A stretch of DNA of 64,000 nt from Gammaproteobacteria bacterium. GTDB lineage: Bacteria > Pseudomonadota > Gammaproteobacteria > UBA4575. The stretch lies in assembly GCA_965243395.1 (NCBI GenBank), contig CBDEUS010000002.1:512001-576000 (forward strand). Reading direction: 5' to 3'. A model generated the notes under the pieces. It did no database searches. It saw only the letters and a list, made by a program, of their open reading frames with translations, and had not been told where the DNA came from. The position numbers and the translations under genes were made by a program. The first letter of the stretch is position 1; every line of letters starts with the position of its first letter. Shown here piece after piece: positions 1 to 9,207 of this stretch.

Positions 1-1607
1 ACATATTTTTTTACCTCACTGAAAAGCTTGGATGCCAAGGGAGTTGCGTCTGCCCACATATCAATGAGTTTTTCGGCTTTACTAATAGCCTCGTCTGCTT
101 CTTTTCTTTTAGCATTAAGTTGTCCCGACTCGAGTACCTCTTGTAGTCCAATACGGACAGATGACCATGAATTTTTTTGATTTACAAATAGGTGGCCTTC
201 CTTTGTTTTTGTTAATTTAGCTGTAAGATCACTGTAGCCTGCAGGCAGATTTGACAAACGCGCAATATAGCAACAAGCATTAATAACAGCTTCATAGCTT
301 GAGCTCTCATAGTTGCCTGCTTCTTTGGCAAGTCGTTGAAATGATAAAGCAACCTGAGACGCATCACGGTCGACAATATCTACTTTGAAATTTGCAAGAC
401 TCTTTTGCTCGGGCTTCCAGTCTGCTGAAAGAGCTTGGGGAGACAATATCGCATTAACCCTGTCAGATTCTGCAGCCCATATTTTCTCTTTATATTTTAA
501 TTTTAATTTTACTAGTTTATCTCGAAGTACAAAAAATGTTTTTGGATCGTCTGTGACAATTAAAGCACCACAATTTTCATATCCATTTTCAATAGCAACA
601 TTCAAAAAGTCAGGAATTTTCATAATAGATTTGTAGTTGCTTAGAGAAGTTGCATCAAGCAGAATAATTTCTGGCTGGTTATTCTCTTTTAATGCTTCTG
701 ATCCAAGAGAGTCTTCCCAATTGCTTTTGTTTGTGTTTTGAGGTAACACCATCATGGCACCAGGCGCATAAATTGGATTACCCCACTCGTCATTTACTTT
801 CTCTCGTAATATTCGCCGTCGTGCTAACTTATCAACCTTCTTAAGTGAACGTTCTAAAGGGAAGTTAGCCACTGTAGTCCAATCTTGTTGTTCTGGAACG
901 TAAGTAAATGCTGGTATGAGCTCGGCTAGAGATGGATCGTCCATCTCAGGATTATTTTCCCTAATATCATTCAGCGCTGTGAGCATTGCCTTGAATGATT
1001 TGGATTGTGTATGACACTCGAATTTAAGCCCCTCTTCTTCATTATGTACCCAAAGCGATCGAAACAAGTCGCTTAGTTGTTCTCGGTTCACTAAAGTAGA
1101 TTGTAAAGAAATTCGGTATGTACGCTTTCCTGGATATAAGAGTGTTCTCATACCGCGCAAATCTTTTGCAAAGTTACGCTCAATGTTTGCTAGTGCATGC
1201 AGTAACGCAAGCCCGAAGAGACGTACGGGCCAGATAAGACACAAATTAATTTCGCCCTTTTCAGTAGTTTCTAATGTTAAATCAACTAATTCACTAGCCC
1301 ATGGCTGTAATTGGAGCTCTTCCTTGCTCTGAGTTCGCCTGAAAAATTTAAGACTGGAGTCACCAGAGTGTAATTTCCCCCATGGATGACATTTGTTTAT
1401 TACAGGCGCTATATTCTTTTGAACAATTTCTTTTTTATCTTTTGGGGTATTTTTTAAATTAATATCAGATTTAGATTTAGACGATCGAGTCTGTTTAGAT
1501 TTAGGCTTTGGTCGTGGTGTTTTGAATTTTCTAAGTAACTTCTCCTTCATCTCCTGTTTTTGTTTACGCGCATCTACTAAGTCTTTAAATTTTTTTAATG
1601 AAGACAT
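1..1607 (-). CDS. Large hypothetical protein (>535 aa, runs off the window), possibly degenerate helicase-like defence protein
   Basis: Not in ORF track; hand translation from ATG at 1607 (MSSLKKFKDLVDARKQ...) stays open as far as read; contains EIILLDAT and GALIVTDDP, loosely like SF2 motifs II and III. Confidence 0.7.
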   Translation of the reverse strand, partial: MSSLKKFKDLVDARKQKQEMKEKLLRKFKTPRPKPKSKQTRSSKSKSDINLKNTPKDKKEIVQKNIAPVINKCHPWGKLHSGDSSLKFFRRTQSKEELQLQPWASELVDLTLETTEKGEINLCLIWPVRLFGLALLHALANIERNFAKDLRGMRTLLYPGKRTYRISLQSTLVNREQLSDLFRSLWVHNEEEGLKFECHTQSKSFKAMLTALNDIRENNPEMDDPSLAELIPAFTYVPEQQDWTTVANFPLERSLKKVDKLARRRILREKVNDEWGNPIYAPGAMMVLPQNTNKSNWEDSLGSEALKENNQPEIILLDATSLSNYKSIMKIPDFLNVAIENGYENCGALIVTDDPKTFFVLRDKLVKLKLKYKEKIWAAESDRVNAILSPQALSADWKPEQKSLANFKVDIVDRDASQVALSFQRLAKEAGNYESSSYEAVINACCYIARLSNLPAGYSDLTAKLTKTKEGHLFVNQKNSWSSVRIGLQEVLESGQLNAKRKEADEAISKAEKLIDMWADATPLASKLFSEVKKY

Positions 1608-1710
1608 GATTTGGTTGTAAACGATTTAACGACTTAACAAAGTTGTTTTCCTAAATATTTTAAGTATTCGAGGTAAATACAAAAATGTGACACAACATGG
1701 TGCATAATTA

Positions 1711-3009
1711 CTATATAGGTATATCTTTAACTGCTGTAACTGTTAAGTGTCTGCAACGTATTCTTTCATTTAACCAACATGTTACTTTTTTGCTTCTAAG
1801 AATAGTTACTAATTTAGTACATTCAGCTACTGTGCCGTTATTAGGGATACAAACGATAAGATGGTTTTCGACAGCAACTGGCTTTTTTCCGCTAATTATC
1901 ATTGCAACAGCTCTGTGCTCATCGCCATGTCTGGATGTTCGTTTAATGACAACGAAGGGAGGCTTAAAAACTGTACCATTGAATCTAATATTTTCTAGTA
2001 CTTTAGTAGTTTTTCCCCAAGGTTCCAGGTTTTTAGCGTGAATGTATGGATACCATCTACCTAATCCTTTATTTCGAAATGGCACAACCGGTCCTATATG
2101 AACCAAATAATTTTTACCAACTGTTTTTTTATTTTTTATTTTTTTGTTATTTTTCCATTTTCTAGAATTAGATATAAGTGCACTGGTAATTGTTGCATCT
2201 AAAACGAAAACATCGACATCTGCACATCTATCGAATCTTCCATACAATTCAATGTCGTTAACGAAAGCATTTAAATTAAATTCTTTGCGCCATAACTCAT
2301 ATCGAGAACCTGATCGTAGTACATCTGGAAGGATAGCGATCAGTCTAGTACCTGATTTTGCATTTTTTATACATTGATCGACAAACACTGCAGCGGAATT
2401 TACACCACCTCCTATCCATGGGTACTTTTCCTTAGTTTGAATCATATTAAATGGGGGATTCATCAGAATATGTGTAACTTTTTTATAATCTCTATATTTT
2501 AAGCCGTCACCTGTTTTAATATTTGGTAAAAGTTCTTTTAATCGAAGTCTTTTTTGGTTTTTTGCTTTTGCTCCTCTTTGAATTGCAATTAAAGCGATCC
2601 TACTACGAGCTGCATTTACAAAAATCGGATTTAAATCTCTTCCAACAAGCTTTTTACCCCAACTGATTAAAGTTTTTTCTAATGTTTGTTCAATTGGTAA
2701 AACTTTTGCAATAGAAATCAGCAAGTCACCAGCGCCACATGCCGGGTCATAAAATATGCTATTAGGTTGAATTCTATTTAATTTGTTTTGTATCGCTATC
2801 TCACTTAAAGAAGAACCTGTAAAAAAAACACCGTCTTTTCTCCTTACTTCTAAAGACACAGTATTTCTTAGTTCCTTTGAACATTCTCCATCTAGTGCAG
2901 CGGCTATACTTGTTTGCGCCTCATTAGATATGGCACCACTCTGATTTCGTATCACTAAAGAAGTTAAATAATCTGTATATGGTTTAAATTGTTGGTATTT
3001 AGTTAGCAT
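1711..3009 (-). CDS. N6-adenine DNA methyltransferase (gamma-type motif order)
   Basis: FYDPACGAG (motif I) followed by ILMNPPF (motif IV); GVFFT motif X. Confidence 0.9.
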   Translation of the reverse strand: MLTKYQQFKPYTDYLTSLVIRNQSGAISNEAQTSIAAALDGECSKELRNTVSLEVRRKDGVFFTGSSLSEIAIQNKLNRIQPNSIFYDPACGAGDLLISIAKVLPIEQTLEKTLISWGKKLVGRDLNPIFVNAARSRIALIAIQRGAKAKNQKRLRLKELLPNIKTGDGLKYRDYKKVTHILMNPPFNMIQTKEKYPWIGGGVNSAAVFVDQCIKNAKSGTRLIAILPDVLRSGSRYELWRKEFNLNAFVNDIELYGRFDRCADVDVFVLDATITSALISNSRKWKNNKKIKNKKTVGKNYLVHIGPVVPFRNKGLGRWYPYIHAKNLEPWGKTTKVLENIRFNGTVFKPPFVVIKRTSRHGDEHRAVAMIISGKKPVAVENHLIVCIPNNGTVAECTKLVTILRSKKVTCWLNERIRCRHLTVTAVKDIPI

Positions 3010-3049
3010 GTTTTGAGGATTAAAATTGTTGAGAATCTATAGATATGCA

Positions 3050-3322
3050 CTAGGCTAACTCCCAAGGTAAATCACGTCTACCGTGGACAGGCTTAAGCAC
3101 ACCAGAATTACGTAGTTTTTGTGCTGCCCACCTTACATCATATTGCCAAGTATAGAGAAGATCCCCTGATGCTCTTAGTTCTAACTCATGATTTTCCCAA
3201 ATATATTTTGAAACATCTTTTGGCCATCCTTTTCCTCCCAGGGATTTAAGGCAATCAACTATCCAAACCATCATATCGTCACGATTAACCAAAAAATCTC
3301 CCAGAAAGTTTTCTATTGCCAA
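3050..3322 (-). CDS. Small winged-helix protein, Mrr N-terminal-like
   Basis: LKSLGG...WQYDVRWAAQKLRNSGVL pattern; true start may be slightly downstream. Confidence 0.6.
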   Translation of the reverse strand: MAIENFLGDFLVNRDDMMVWIVDCLKSLGGKGWPKDVSKYIWENHELELRASGDLLYTWQYDVRWAAQKLRNSGVLKPVHGRRDLPWELA

Positions 3323-3447
3323 ACTATGAATTTAAGTTTTTTCATTAACAACTAATATAAGAATAGAAAGCATTATAAATATATATGATATGTATTAATT
3401 ACTTTCTAAATTTTCCTTAAACAGGATATTTCATTTTGTATGCGGTC

Positions 3448-3552
3448 CAAGGATCACCCCTCCGCAGTGCACCCAGCGTCAATCGATTGTCGTGCATGAG
3501 TTATTCAATAATTGAAGGTTCATTCTTTTATTTCCACCGCATCCTCCACCAT
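3448..3552 (+). repeat. att-like end, copy 1 (CAAGGA ... ATGAGTTA ... paired TCCACC)
   Basis: Same motifs at offsets 0, 48 and 85 as in the copies at 8632 and 20539. Confidence 0.55.
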
Positions 3553-3882
3553 TAAAGTCGGTGGAGTAGATCGCGCCTAAGCATTATGTAGTCGCAAGGG
3601 ATAGGATAGACCCCATGAGTATACTTAGACGCGACAACTTTTAACGATGCACCCTGTAAGGGGGTGGAGTTGGAAAGCATTCCCCCAATGGTGTGCACAC
3701 TACTCACTCCCGATTCTTGTTTTGATCCTTAGTGACAATGTCGAATCATGGTTTTGCGATCGTAATGACATCCATCTGCGGCCGTGCGCCCGGAATGCGC
3801 CCAGACACTGCTGAGCATCAACAGGGTGAGTACAATTGTTAGAGTGAGTATTTTCATAACACATCCTTTGCTTCGTTAATAA

Positions 3883-4080
3883 TTACTTCGATGATTTTGT
3901 GCGGACCTGAATAATTTCTTCCACGGCTTTCATATACGCAGCGCGCTCCGTGGCTTGGGCATGAAACCATTTATTGACATAAATCAAATCACTTTCTTGA
4001 ACACCTTCTTGTTTTCGTTTTTTCAAATTCTCATTCACTAATCCTACAAAGGCGTTGTAGTTATGCGTAAAGGTAAACAT
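3883..4080 (-). CDS. Small hypothetical protein
   Basis: 65-aa ORF with GAGG RBS, directly downstream of the wHTH gene. Confidence 0.55.
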   Translation of the reverse strand: MFTFTHNYNAFVGLVNENLKKRKQEGVQESDLIYVNKWFHAQATERAAYMKAVEEIIQVRTKSSK

Positions 4081-4091
4081 GACCTCATGAG

Positions 4092-4517
4092 TTACAAATC
4101 ACGATTACCATCTTTATCTTCATCATTGTTCATATGAGACAATTCACTCAAGACGCGATCGGCTAACACCGTACACAACTGCTTGCCGCGCTCATTGAGA
4201 TAGAGATGTTTGGTTTTACTATCAAATTCATCATCCACTTCTTCGATTAAATCAAATCCGGGTAAACGCAGCCGGGTCTCTCGGTCTCGATCGAACGAGT
4301 ATTTACTTAAGTCCCCCACATAACGCTTGGTGGTGGTCAATGATTGAGGGGCCATGGCGTCGTTGATTTCTTTGCGTGTAATGCCTTCATGCAAGCTGAT
4401 TAAAAATAATATGTCCAAGTGATGCGCATTGAAGGTTTTGTTGACAAACTGTTGGGCGGCATGAATACATCCACGTAACTTTGCAATCGCAATCAACTGT
4501 TCCTTCGTTAACATCAA
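4092..4517 (-). CDS. MarR-like winged-helix DNA-binding protein
   Basis: ILFLISLHEGITRKEI helix pattern and wing DEFDSKTKHLYLNERGK. Confidence 0.65.
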   Translation of the reverse strand: MMLTKEQLIAIAKLRGCIHAAQQFVNKTFNAHHLDILFLISLHEGITRKEINDAMAPQSLTTTKRYVGDLSKYSFDRDRETRLRLPGFDLIEEVDDEFDSKTKHLYLNERGKQLCTVLADRVLSELSHMNNDEDKDGNRDL

Positions 4518-4627
4518 TAATTTATTTCATCAATAATGTGTATTGGTGCACAGTGAACTCGGTCCCAGTGGACTTAGTCCGTATTCGGACTTTAAAAACT
4601 TACGAAGTGTTTGTAGATTTTTAATGA

Positions 4628-4658
4628 AGTATGTGTCTAGACCTTAGGCTAGAGTCAA
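4628..4658 (-). promoter_or_regulatory. MerR-type promoter with 19-bp spacer, pointing at the wHTH gene
   Basis: Minus strand TTGACT-ctagcctaaggtctagaca(19)-CATACT with TCTAG/CTAGA dyad. Confidence 0.55.
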
Positions 4659-4688
4659 TTCTTTATTTAAATTAATTACCCGTACTAA

Positions 4689-4710
4689 ACTCTAGACTCA
4701 ACTACAGAGT
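4689..4710. promoter_or_regulatory. MerR/ZntR-like operator dyad
   Basis: ACTCTAGACTCAACTACAGAGT, a 22-bp ACTCT...AGAGT dyad. Confidence 0.45.
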
Positions 4711-4931
4711 TTTATCGAACTTAACCAATTAAAAGATAAACGATTACGTTTAAACGTTTTTCAACGTAAAGTGGTAGTAGTATTCGTTATAAATAATGCG
4801 ATATTTCTTACCGAATAAAATTATTGGTGAAGTCAATTTATTTGCAGCTCATGCTCTTTGCTGCATTCAAATAGTTAGGGGACTCAATAATTAGCTAAAC
4901 GAATTTCAAAAAAAATTAAAAGGTATTAATT

Positions 4932-5225
4932 ATGGGATTATTTTTTAAAGACGAAAGCCACAAGATTATGTGGAACATGGGACAAAACTTAAAGGCACTA
5001 CAGCGACACGAAAACGGTGGATCTGATTTATTAAGAAGAAGCACAGTAGTTTTGATATCTGAGCAAAGAGAACAGCTGAAAAATTTAGGTATCAATAATG
5101 AAGACATCCAATCTTACTTTCGTAGGAGAGGCAAAAAAGAAGATATTTATTTTGATGCTTACTTAGAAGAATGGGATGAACACCACGAGATGTTGTTACA
5201 GGCAAGGGAGCAAGCTAAGTCATGA
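4932..5225 (+). CDS. Hypothetical protein
   Basis: 97-aa ORF with AAGG RBS, first gene of a tightly packed operon. Confidence 0.6.
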   Translation: MGLFFKDESHKIMWNMGQNLKALQRHENGGSDLLRRSTVVLISEQREQLKNLGINNEDIQSYFRRRGKKEDIYFDAYLEEWDEHHEMLLQAREQAKS

Positions 5226-5824
5226 AATTTATATTATGGCTAATGACATTACTGAGTATTCCATTAATGCTGCTAAATGCATTTGGAGGAATTATTTCCG
5301 GCATTTGGTTAGCAATACTCGGTGAGTGGGGAACTATCGGATATGGTTTTGTTTTTATGATAGGCGGAATATTGTTGTTAGGAATTCCGCTTTTACTCGC
5401 AATGATCTTCATGCCGCCAGCTATTTATTTTACAAACAAAGGCTATAACTTTATAGCTCACATATTTACGTATTTAGGCGCTTTATACACTGCAGCAGTA
5501 ATAACAGCTTGGTCAATGTTCATTTTAATCTTCTTCGTAGATGGTACTGGGTATAAGGATTTCATACCGACTTTAATTTGGACATACAGTGTTGCAACAG
5601 CTCCCCTCGCTTACATGGCAAGTAAAGAGCAAGACAACGAATACACAACATTCACAACATTTTTTAGTCAGCTCGCATATTTATGCGTAGTTTTGCTGGT
5701 AGCACTTGTAAGTGAAGTCACGACTATTGATGCCATTATTGTGTTTGGCTTCATAATGTTTATAGGATCGATTGTGCAGATGGTGCTTGTAACAGCAAAT
5801 ACAAAAGAGCGGCAATTGTATTAA
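5222..5824 (+). CDS. Multi-pass membrane protein
   Basis: About 6 hydrophobic segments; ATGA overlap with the upstream gene. Confidence 0.75.
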   Translation: MKFILWLMTLLSIPLMLLNAFGGIISGIWLAILGEWGTIGYGFVFMIGGILLLGIPLLLAMIFMPPAIYFTNKGYNFIAHIFTYLGALYTAAVITAWSMFILIFFVDGTGYKDFIPTLIWTYSVATAPLAYMASKEQDNEYTTFTTFFSQLAYLCVVLLVALVSEVTTIDAIIVFGFIMFIGSIVQMVLVTANTKERQLY

Positions 5825-5836
5825 AAGGAGTTAATC

Positions 5837-6292
5837 ATGAGATGGATTATCGTTCTATTTTTATTAAGTACAGCAGTAAATGCGGATGTCGTTAGATGTG
5901 AATTTGGGACTCATGAATTCACCATTATTATGCCAAGCGAAAATGATATGAAAAAATATATAGTTGCAAGAGATTACGAAAATAATGATGACGAGTTGGA
6001 ATTGTTAGCGATGAGTTACACAGGGAAAGTAATAGATAAAAGCTTCGAACATGAAGCTATCGCAGTAAGTGCATTCAGAGGCTGGCGTGAAGTTGTTTGG
6101 TTCGAGCATGATAGATATTCGAACAAGATAGTTTGGGATCCGACAGGCTTAAGGAAAGATGTATTGACATACGATTACGAAAATACAACTCCAGAAGAGC
6201 GACAAAAGATACTCGAAGAGAATACTAAGAAGAATAAAGGCTACGCTGAATATTCATATGGCAGAACAGTAATTGAAGGGAAATGTAAATAA
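5837..6292 (+). CDS. Exported hypothetical protein
   Basis: AGGAG RBS; signal peptide ending AVNA. Confidence 0.7.
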   Translation: MRWIIVLFLLSTAVNADVVRCEFGTHEFTIIMPSENDMKKYIVARDYENNDDELELLAMSYTGKVIDKSFEHEAIAVSAFRGWREVVWFEHDRYSNKIVWDPTGLRKDVLTYDYENTTPEERQKILEENTKKNKGYAEYSYGRTVIEGKCK

Positions 6293-6462
6293 TGAAACAT
6301 AGTGATTTAACTGTAATTGTAGTAGTGCTAGTTCTAGGATTTGGATCAATTAATTACTGGTTATGGAAGATTGAAGCACATACAGACAACGCAGCATATA
6401 GTGTAAATTCAATCGATTATGTAATTGAGCAATGGCACAAATATAATCGGTACGGTGAATAA
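6292..6462 (+). CDS. Small membrane protein (56 aa, not in track)
   Basis: MKHSDLTVIVVVLVLGFG...; TAATG coupling to the upstream gene. Confidence 0.5.
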   Translation: MKHSDLTVIVVVLVLGFGSINYWLWKIEAHTDNAAYSVNSIDYVIEQWHKYNRYGE

Positions 6463-6465
6463 ATA

Positions 6466-6633
6466 ATGAAATGGATTTTCATGATGCCGTTTTTATTAAC
6501 GGCTTTAATTGGTCCGCATATAGCAAAAGAAACATATTTTGAATGGATTCTTGGTAACGGATGGTGGCTGGCTATTTTATTTTTAATAGGAATAAGTCGA
6601 TGGACTCATCCTGAAATGTGGAAGAAGGAATGA
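6466..6633 (+). CDS. Small membrane protein (55 aa, not in track)
   Basis: MKWIFMMPFLLTALIG...MWKKE; fills the gap exactly. Confidence 0.5.
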   Translation: MKWIFMMPFLLTALIGPHIAKETYFEWILGNGWWLAILFLIGISRWTHPEMWKKE

Positions 6634-6634
6634 T

Positions 6635-6847
6635 ATGGAATACGAAAGCGCTAATGGTTGGGTTCAAATATGGCAGCTATTTGCAGAAAACTGGGCTGTG
6701 ATTTTAGGAGCTGTAGGAATCATAATCGTAATTGGTTGGACAATCATCGCTGTCAGTGAATGGATTTACATGCTTTGGTGTGTCACGCGTTATCACTATG
6801 TTCAGTTGCCTAACGACTTCAAAATGGAAAAGGATAAAAAATCTTGA
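6635..6847 (+). CDS. Small membrane protein
   Basis: One TM helix; AAGGA RBS. Confidence 0.55.
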   Translation: MEYESANGWVQIWQLFAENWAVILGAVGIIIVIGWTIIAVSEWIYMLWCVTRYHYVQLPNDFKMEKDKKS

Positions 6848-7185
6848 AGATCATAGTCGTGCTAATTCTTTCAGTATTTAGTAGTACATTATTCGCTTCA
6901 GAAGCTGATGTGGTGAAACGTGAGTGCAACGGCAAACTAGAAGTTACTCTTAAAGATAAAACGAGAGTGGATTGTTTGACTGATGATGTGGCATATGAAT
7001 ACGACAAAGCAAAAAACTGGGCTGAATGTGTTACCCAAGCGATGCACTATGGCATGTGGACGAACCGTAAAGGCGCATGTGTCCTAATTTATGAAAAGCC
7101 AGAAGACCGAAGATATTTTGATCGAGCGCAAAACTTAATCTGGCATTACAAAATACCGATTAAATTAGAACACGTTAAGGAGTGA
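6844..7185 (+). CDS. Signal-peptide protein with PD-(D/E)xK nuclease-like motif
   Basis: EVTL..KTRVDCLT...AYEYD....WAE...QA.HY pattern after a signal peptide. Confidence 0.55.
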   Translation: MKIIVVLILSVFSSTLFASEADVVKRECNGKLEVTLKDKTRVDCLTDDVAYEYDKAKNWAECVTQAMHYGMWTNRKGACVLIYEKPEDRRYFDRAQNLIWHYKIPIKLEHVKE

Positions 7186-7304
7186 AGAATGAAAATATAT
7201 TTAAGATTTTTTTCATATAAGCGTTAATTCCATTGATACTATGCGGGAATCGATGGGATCTGGAATGTTTATCGAAGATAAAAACAGTAACTAAGGAGTT
7301 CTAT

Positions 7305-7565
7305 ATGAAATGGATTTCACTGCTAGTGTTGTTTTTCACAACCTCTGTCATCGCGGAGAGCATACTGATCGAATGGGAATTAGAAATTCTCATGCAAGAT
7401 GGCACTTATGCATATGGCATGGTCTATCTTAATCAGGATGGCGATTTGATTGGCACGCTACGAACCGGCGAAGAAGGGGATGGCGATTATGTTCAGGTGT
7501 ATGGCAATCCAAGCGACGAAACGTTGTCGTTATATGGTGGAAATATTGCCGAGACGGCCTATTGA
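7305..7565 (+). CDS. Exported acidic hypothetical protein
   Basis: AAGGAG RBS before MKWISLL; track start at 7233 is probably overextended. Confidence 0.55.
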   Translation: MKWISLLVLFFTTSVIAESILIEWELEILMQDGTYAYGMVYLNQDGDLIGTLRTGEEGDGDYVQVYGNPSDETLSLYGGNIAETAY

Positions 7566-7641
7566 AAATAGGTCCGAATTCGAACCTATATAAAAAGTAT
7601 AGAATTAATTCAAAAATTAAATAGTTGGTTTTTGTAATAAC

Positions 7642-7672
7642 TTGACTCTAGTGTGGGTCCAGAGTTTAGAGT
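7642..7672 (+). promoter_or_regulatory. MerR-type promoter/operator upstream of the MerR gene
   Basis: TTGACT-19 nt-TAGAGT with dyad ACTCTAGTGTGGGTCCAGAGT. Confidence 0.7.
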
Positions 7673-7696
7673 CTATGCACCTAAAGAGGGCACATT

Positions 7697-8560
7697 ATGG
7701 AGTTTAAAATCGGCAAACTTGCGTCGGAGACGGGAGTGGGCGTGGATGCAATTCGTTATTATGAAAAACAGGGACTCGTGCAACCGGTCGATCGTAGATC
7801 CTCTGGGTATCGAATCTATAATGATCAATCGATCAAAGAAATTGAGTTCATCAAGCGTGCCCAACTGCTGGGCTTCAATCTTTCGGAAATCAAAAACATT
7901 ATTGAGATCGATAAGAATCAAGACAATATTGATCAAATAAAAAATGTATTACGCAATAAAACGCGCGCACTCAAAAAATTATTATCGGATACGGCATTAA
8001 TCACGCGAGCCTTAAATATTATTGATGCAAAATACAGTGGTTCACGTGATTTGAACTTCATGGATGTAATTTTCAGTGATGAAATCGATGCGTTAACTGA
8101 TTCATCTGAACATAACAATACGTATCTTCTTGAAACCGGCACCTGGAATATTAATGGATCGGCAAAAGCGGTCGATGGAACCGTCCTCGATGTAGTGGGT
8201 GTGTCGACCATCACCCATGAAGAAAAGATTTGGACCATTCGTAATGATTTCGTCATAGGAGGCGGACCCGTCAGTACCGTGATCATTCACGTGCCCCCCA
8301 TCCAAAACAATATGGATGTATCTAGATATGTGGGAAACTGTTGTTTGTATGGAGAAGTGGCCGGAGTGGTCACGTTATCGGAGTCGAATTTATTTAAGTG
8401 CTATGAAATGCCCGAATTTGGTTATAAGGGTTTTGAGCATTTGAAAAAACTCAGCAGCGAAGTCTATGATGTAAACGGATCCGTCATTGATGATGAAGTC
8501 ACGCAACTTCAATGGGAATATCGGCTGGAGCGTACGGAAACGTCTGTACCCTCATCGTAA
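7697..8560 (+). CDS. MerR-family regulator fused to a C-terminal beta-rich domain
   Basis: IGKLASETGVGVDAIRYYEKQGL..RRSSGYRIY HTH; about 150-aa C-terminal extension. Confidence 0.85.
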   Translation: MEFKIGKLASETGVGVDAIRYYEKQGLVQPVDRRSSGYRIYNDQSIKEIEFIKRAQLLGFNLSEIKNIIEIDKNQDNIDQIKNVLRNKTRALKKLLSDTALITRALNIIDAKYSGSRDLNFMDVIFSDEIDALTDSSEHNNTYLLETGTWNINGSAKAVDGTVLDVVGVSTITHEEKIWTIRNDFVIGGGPVSTVIIHVPPIQNNMDVSRYVGNCCLYGEVAGVVTLSESNLFKCYEMPEFGYKGFEHLKKLSSEVYDVNGSVIDDEVTQLQWEYRLERTETSVPSS

Positions 8561-8603
8561 TTGAATTACATTAAATATTCTCTTTGAGAATATTAAAGGT
8601 TTG

Positions 8604-8735
8604 GGGACTACCAATCCTTTAAGCAATGATACAAGGAACACCGCTCCTAGGTGCATATAAAAATATGAGACTAGAATAAATGAGTTAGGGCTTGATACTT
8701 TCTAATTAGAATAATTTCCACTGATACATCCACCC
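8604..8735 (+). repeat. att-like end, copy 2
   Basis: CCAATCCTTTAAGCAATGATACAAGGA matches 20518-20544 at 26/27; paired TCCAC at offset 85. Confidence 0.6.
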
Positions 8736-8819
8736 TATATCGGTCATCAAGATCGGTATTCATCACAATAAAATATATTTTGTGAGAAGAGAACTACCAA
8801 TTTCTTTAATATTTACCAA

Positions 8820-8920
8820 TTTTCCGCTATTGACCGAAAGGAGACAAAAAATGGGACTCAGTTGATTGGATTTAAATAAATACAAGTTCAAAATGTCTGC
8901 TTACGACCCAAAGCGGACAT
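8820..8920 (+). repeat. Doublet of 28-bp sites (inverted relative to the main array) with 45-bp spacer
   Basis: ttttccgctat-tgaccg-aaaggagacaa and atgtctgctta-cgaccc-aaagcggacat. Confidence 0.75.
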
Positions 8921-9103
8921 TCGGAAAAAACATAAAGGACTGGTGGTCCTCAAATCATTACTACTTATTTACATTCTAAACTGTAGGTGAAACCAACTAG
9001 CAGGCCGAATATTTAAAAATAGCTTTCAGCATATATCTAGATTTATAGTTCGAAAAAACTGAAAGATTACGAAGATTTAAACGTATTTTAAACTATTGTT
9101 AAC

Positions 9104-9117
9104 TTGAGTTAGATCAG
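9104..9117. promoter_or_regulatory. Possible FNR/ANR box
   Basis: TTGAG-TTAG-ATCAG (2 mismatches), placed about -41 relative to a TATAGT -10 at 9139, upstream of the USP gene. Confidence 0.35.
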
Positions 9118-9207
9118 TAATTTTAGTCCTAGCTTTATTATAGTGGTTAAGTGCTTTGAATAATAATGTTCAAGTTTAATTATGCGACATCTTCGTGAGG
9201 TAAAAAG

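Noticed and set aside
3531-3552. tmRNA or tRNA 3' remnant (CTCCACCA)
   Set aside because: No T arm upstream; better explained as the TCCACC pair
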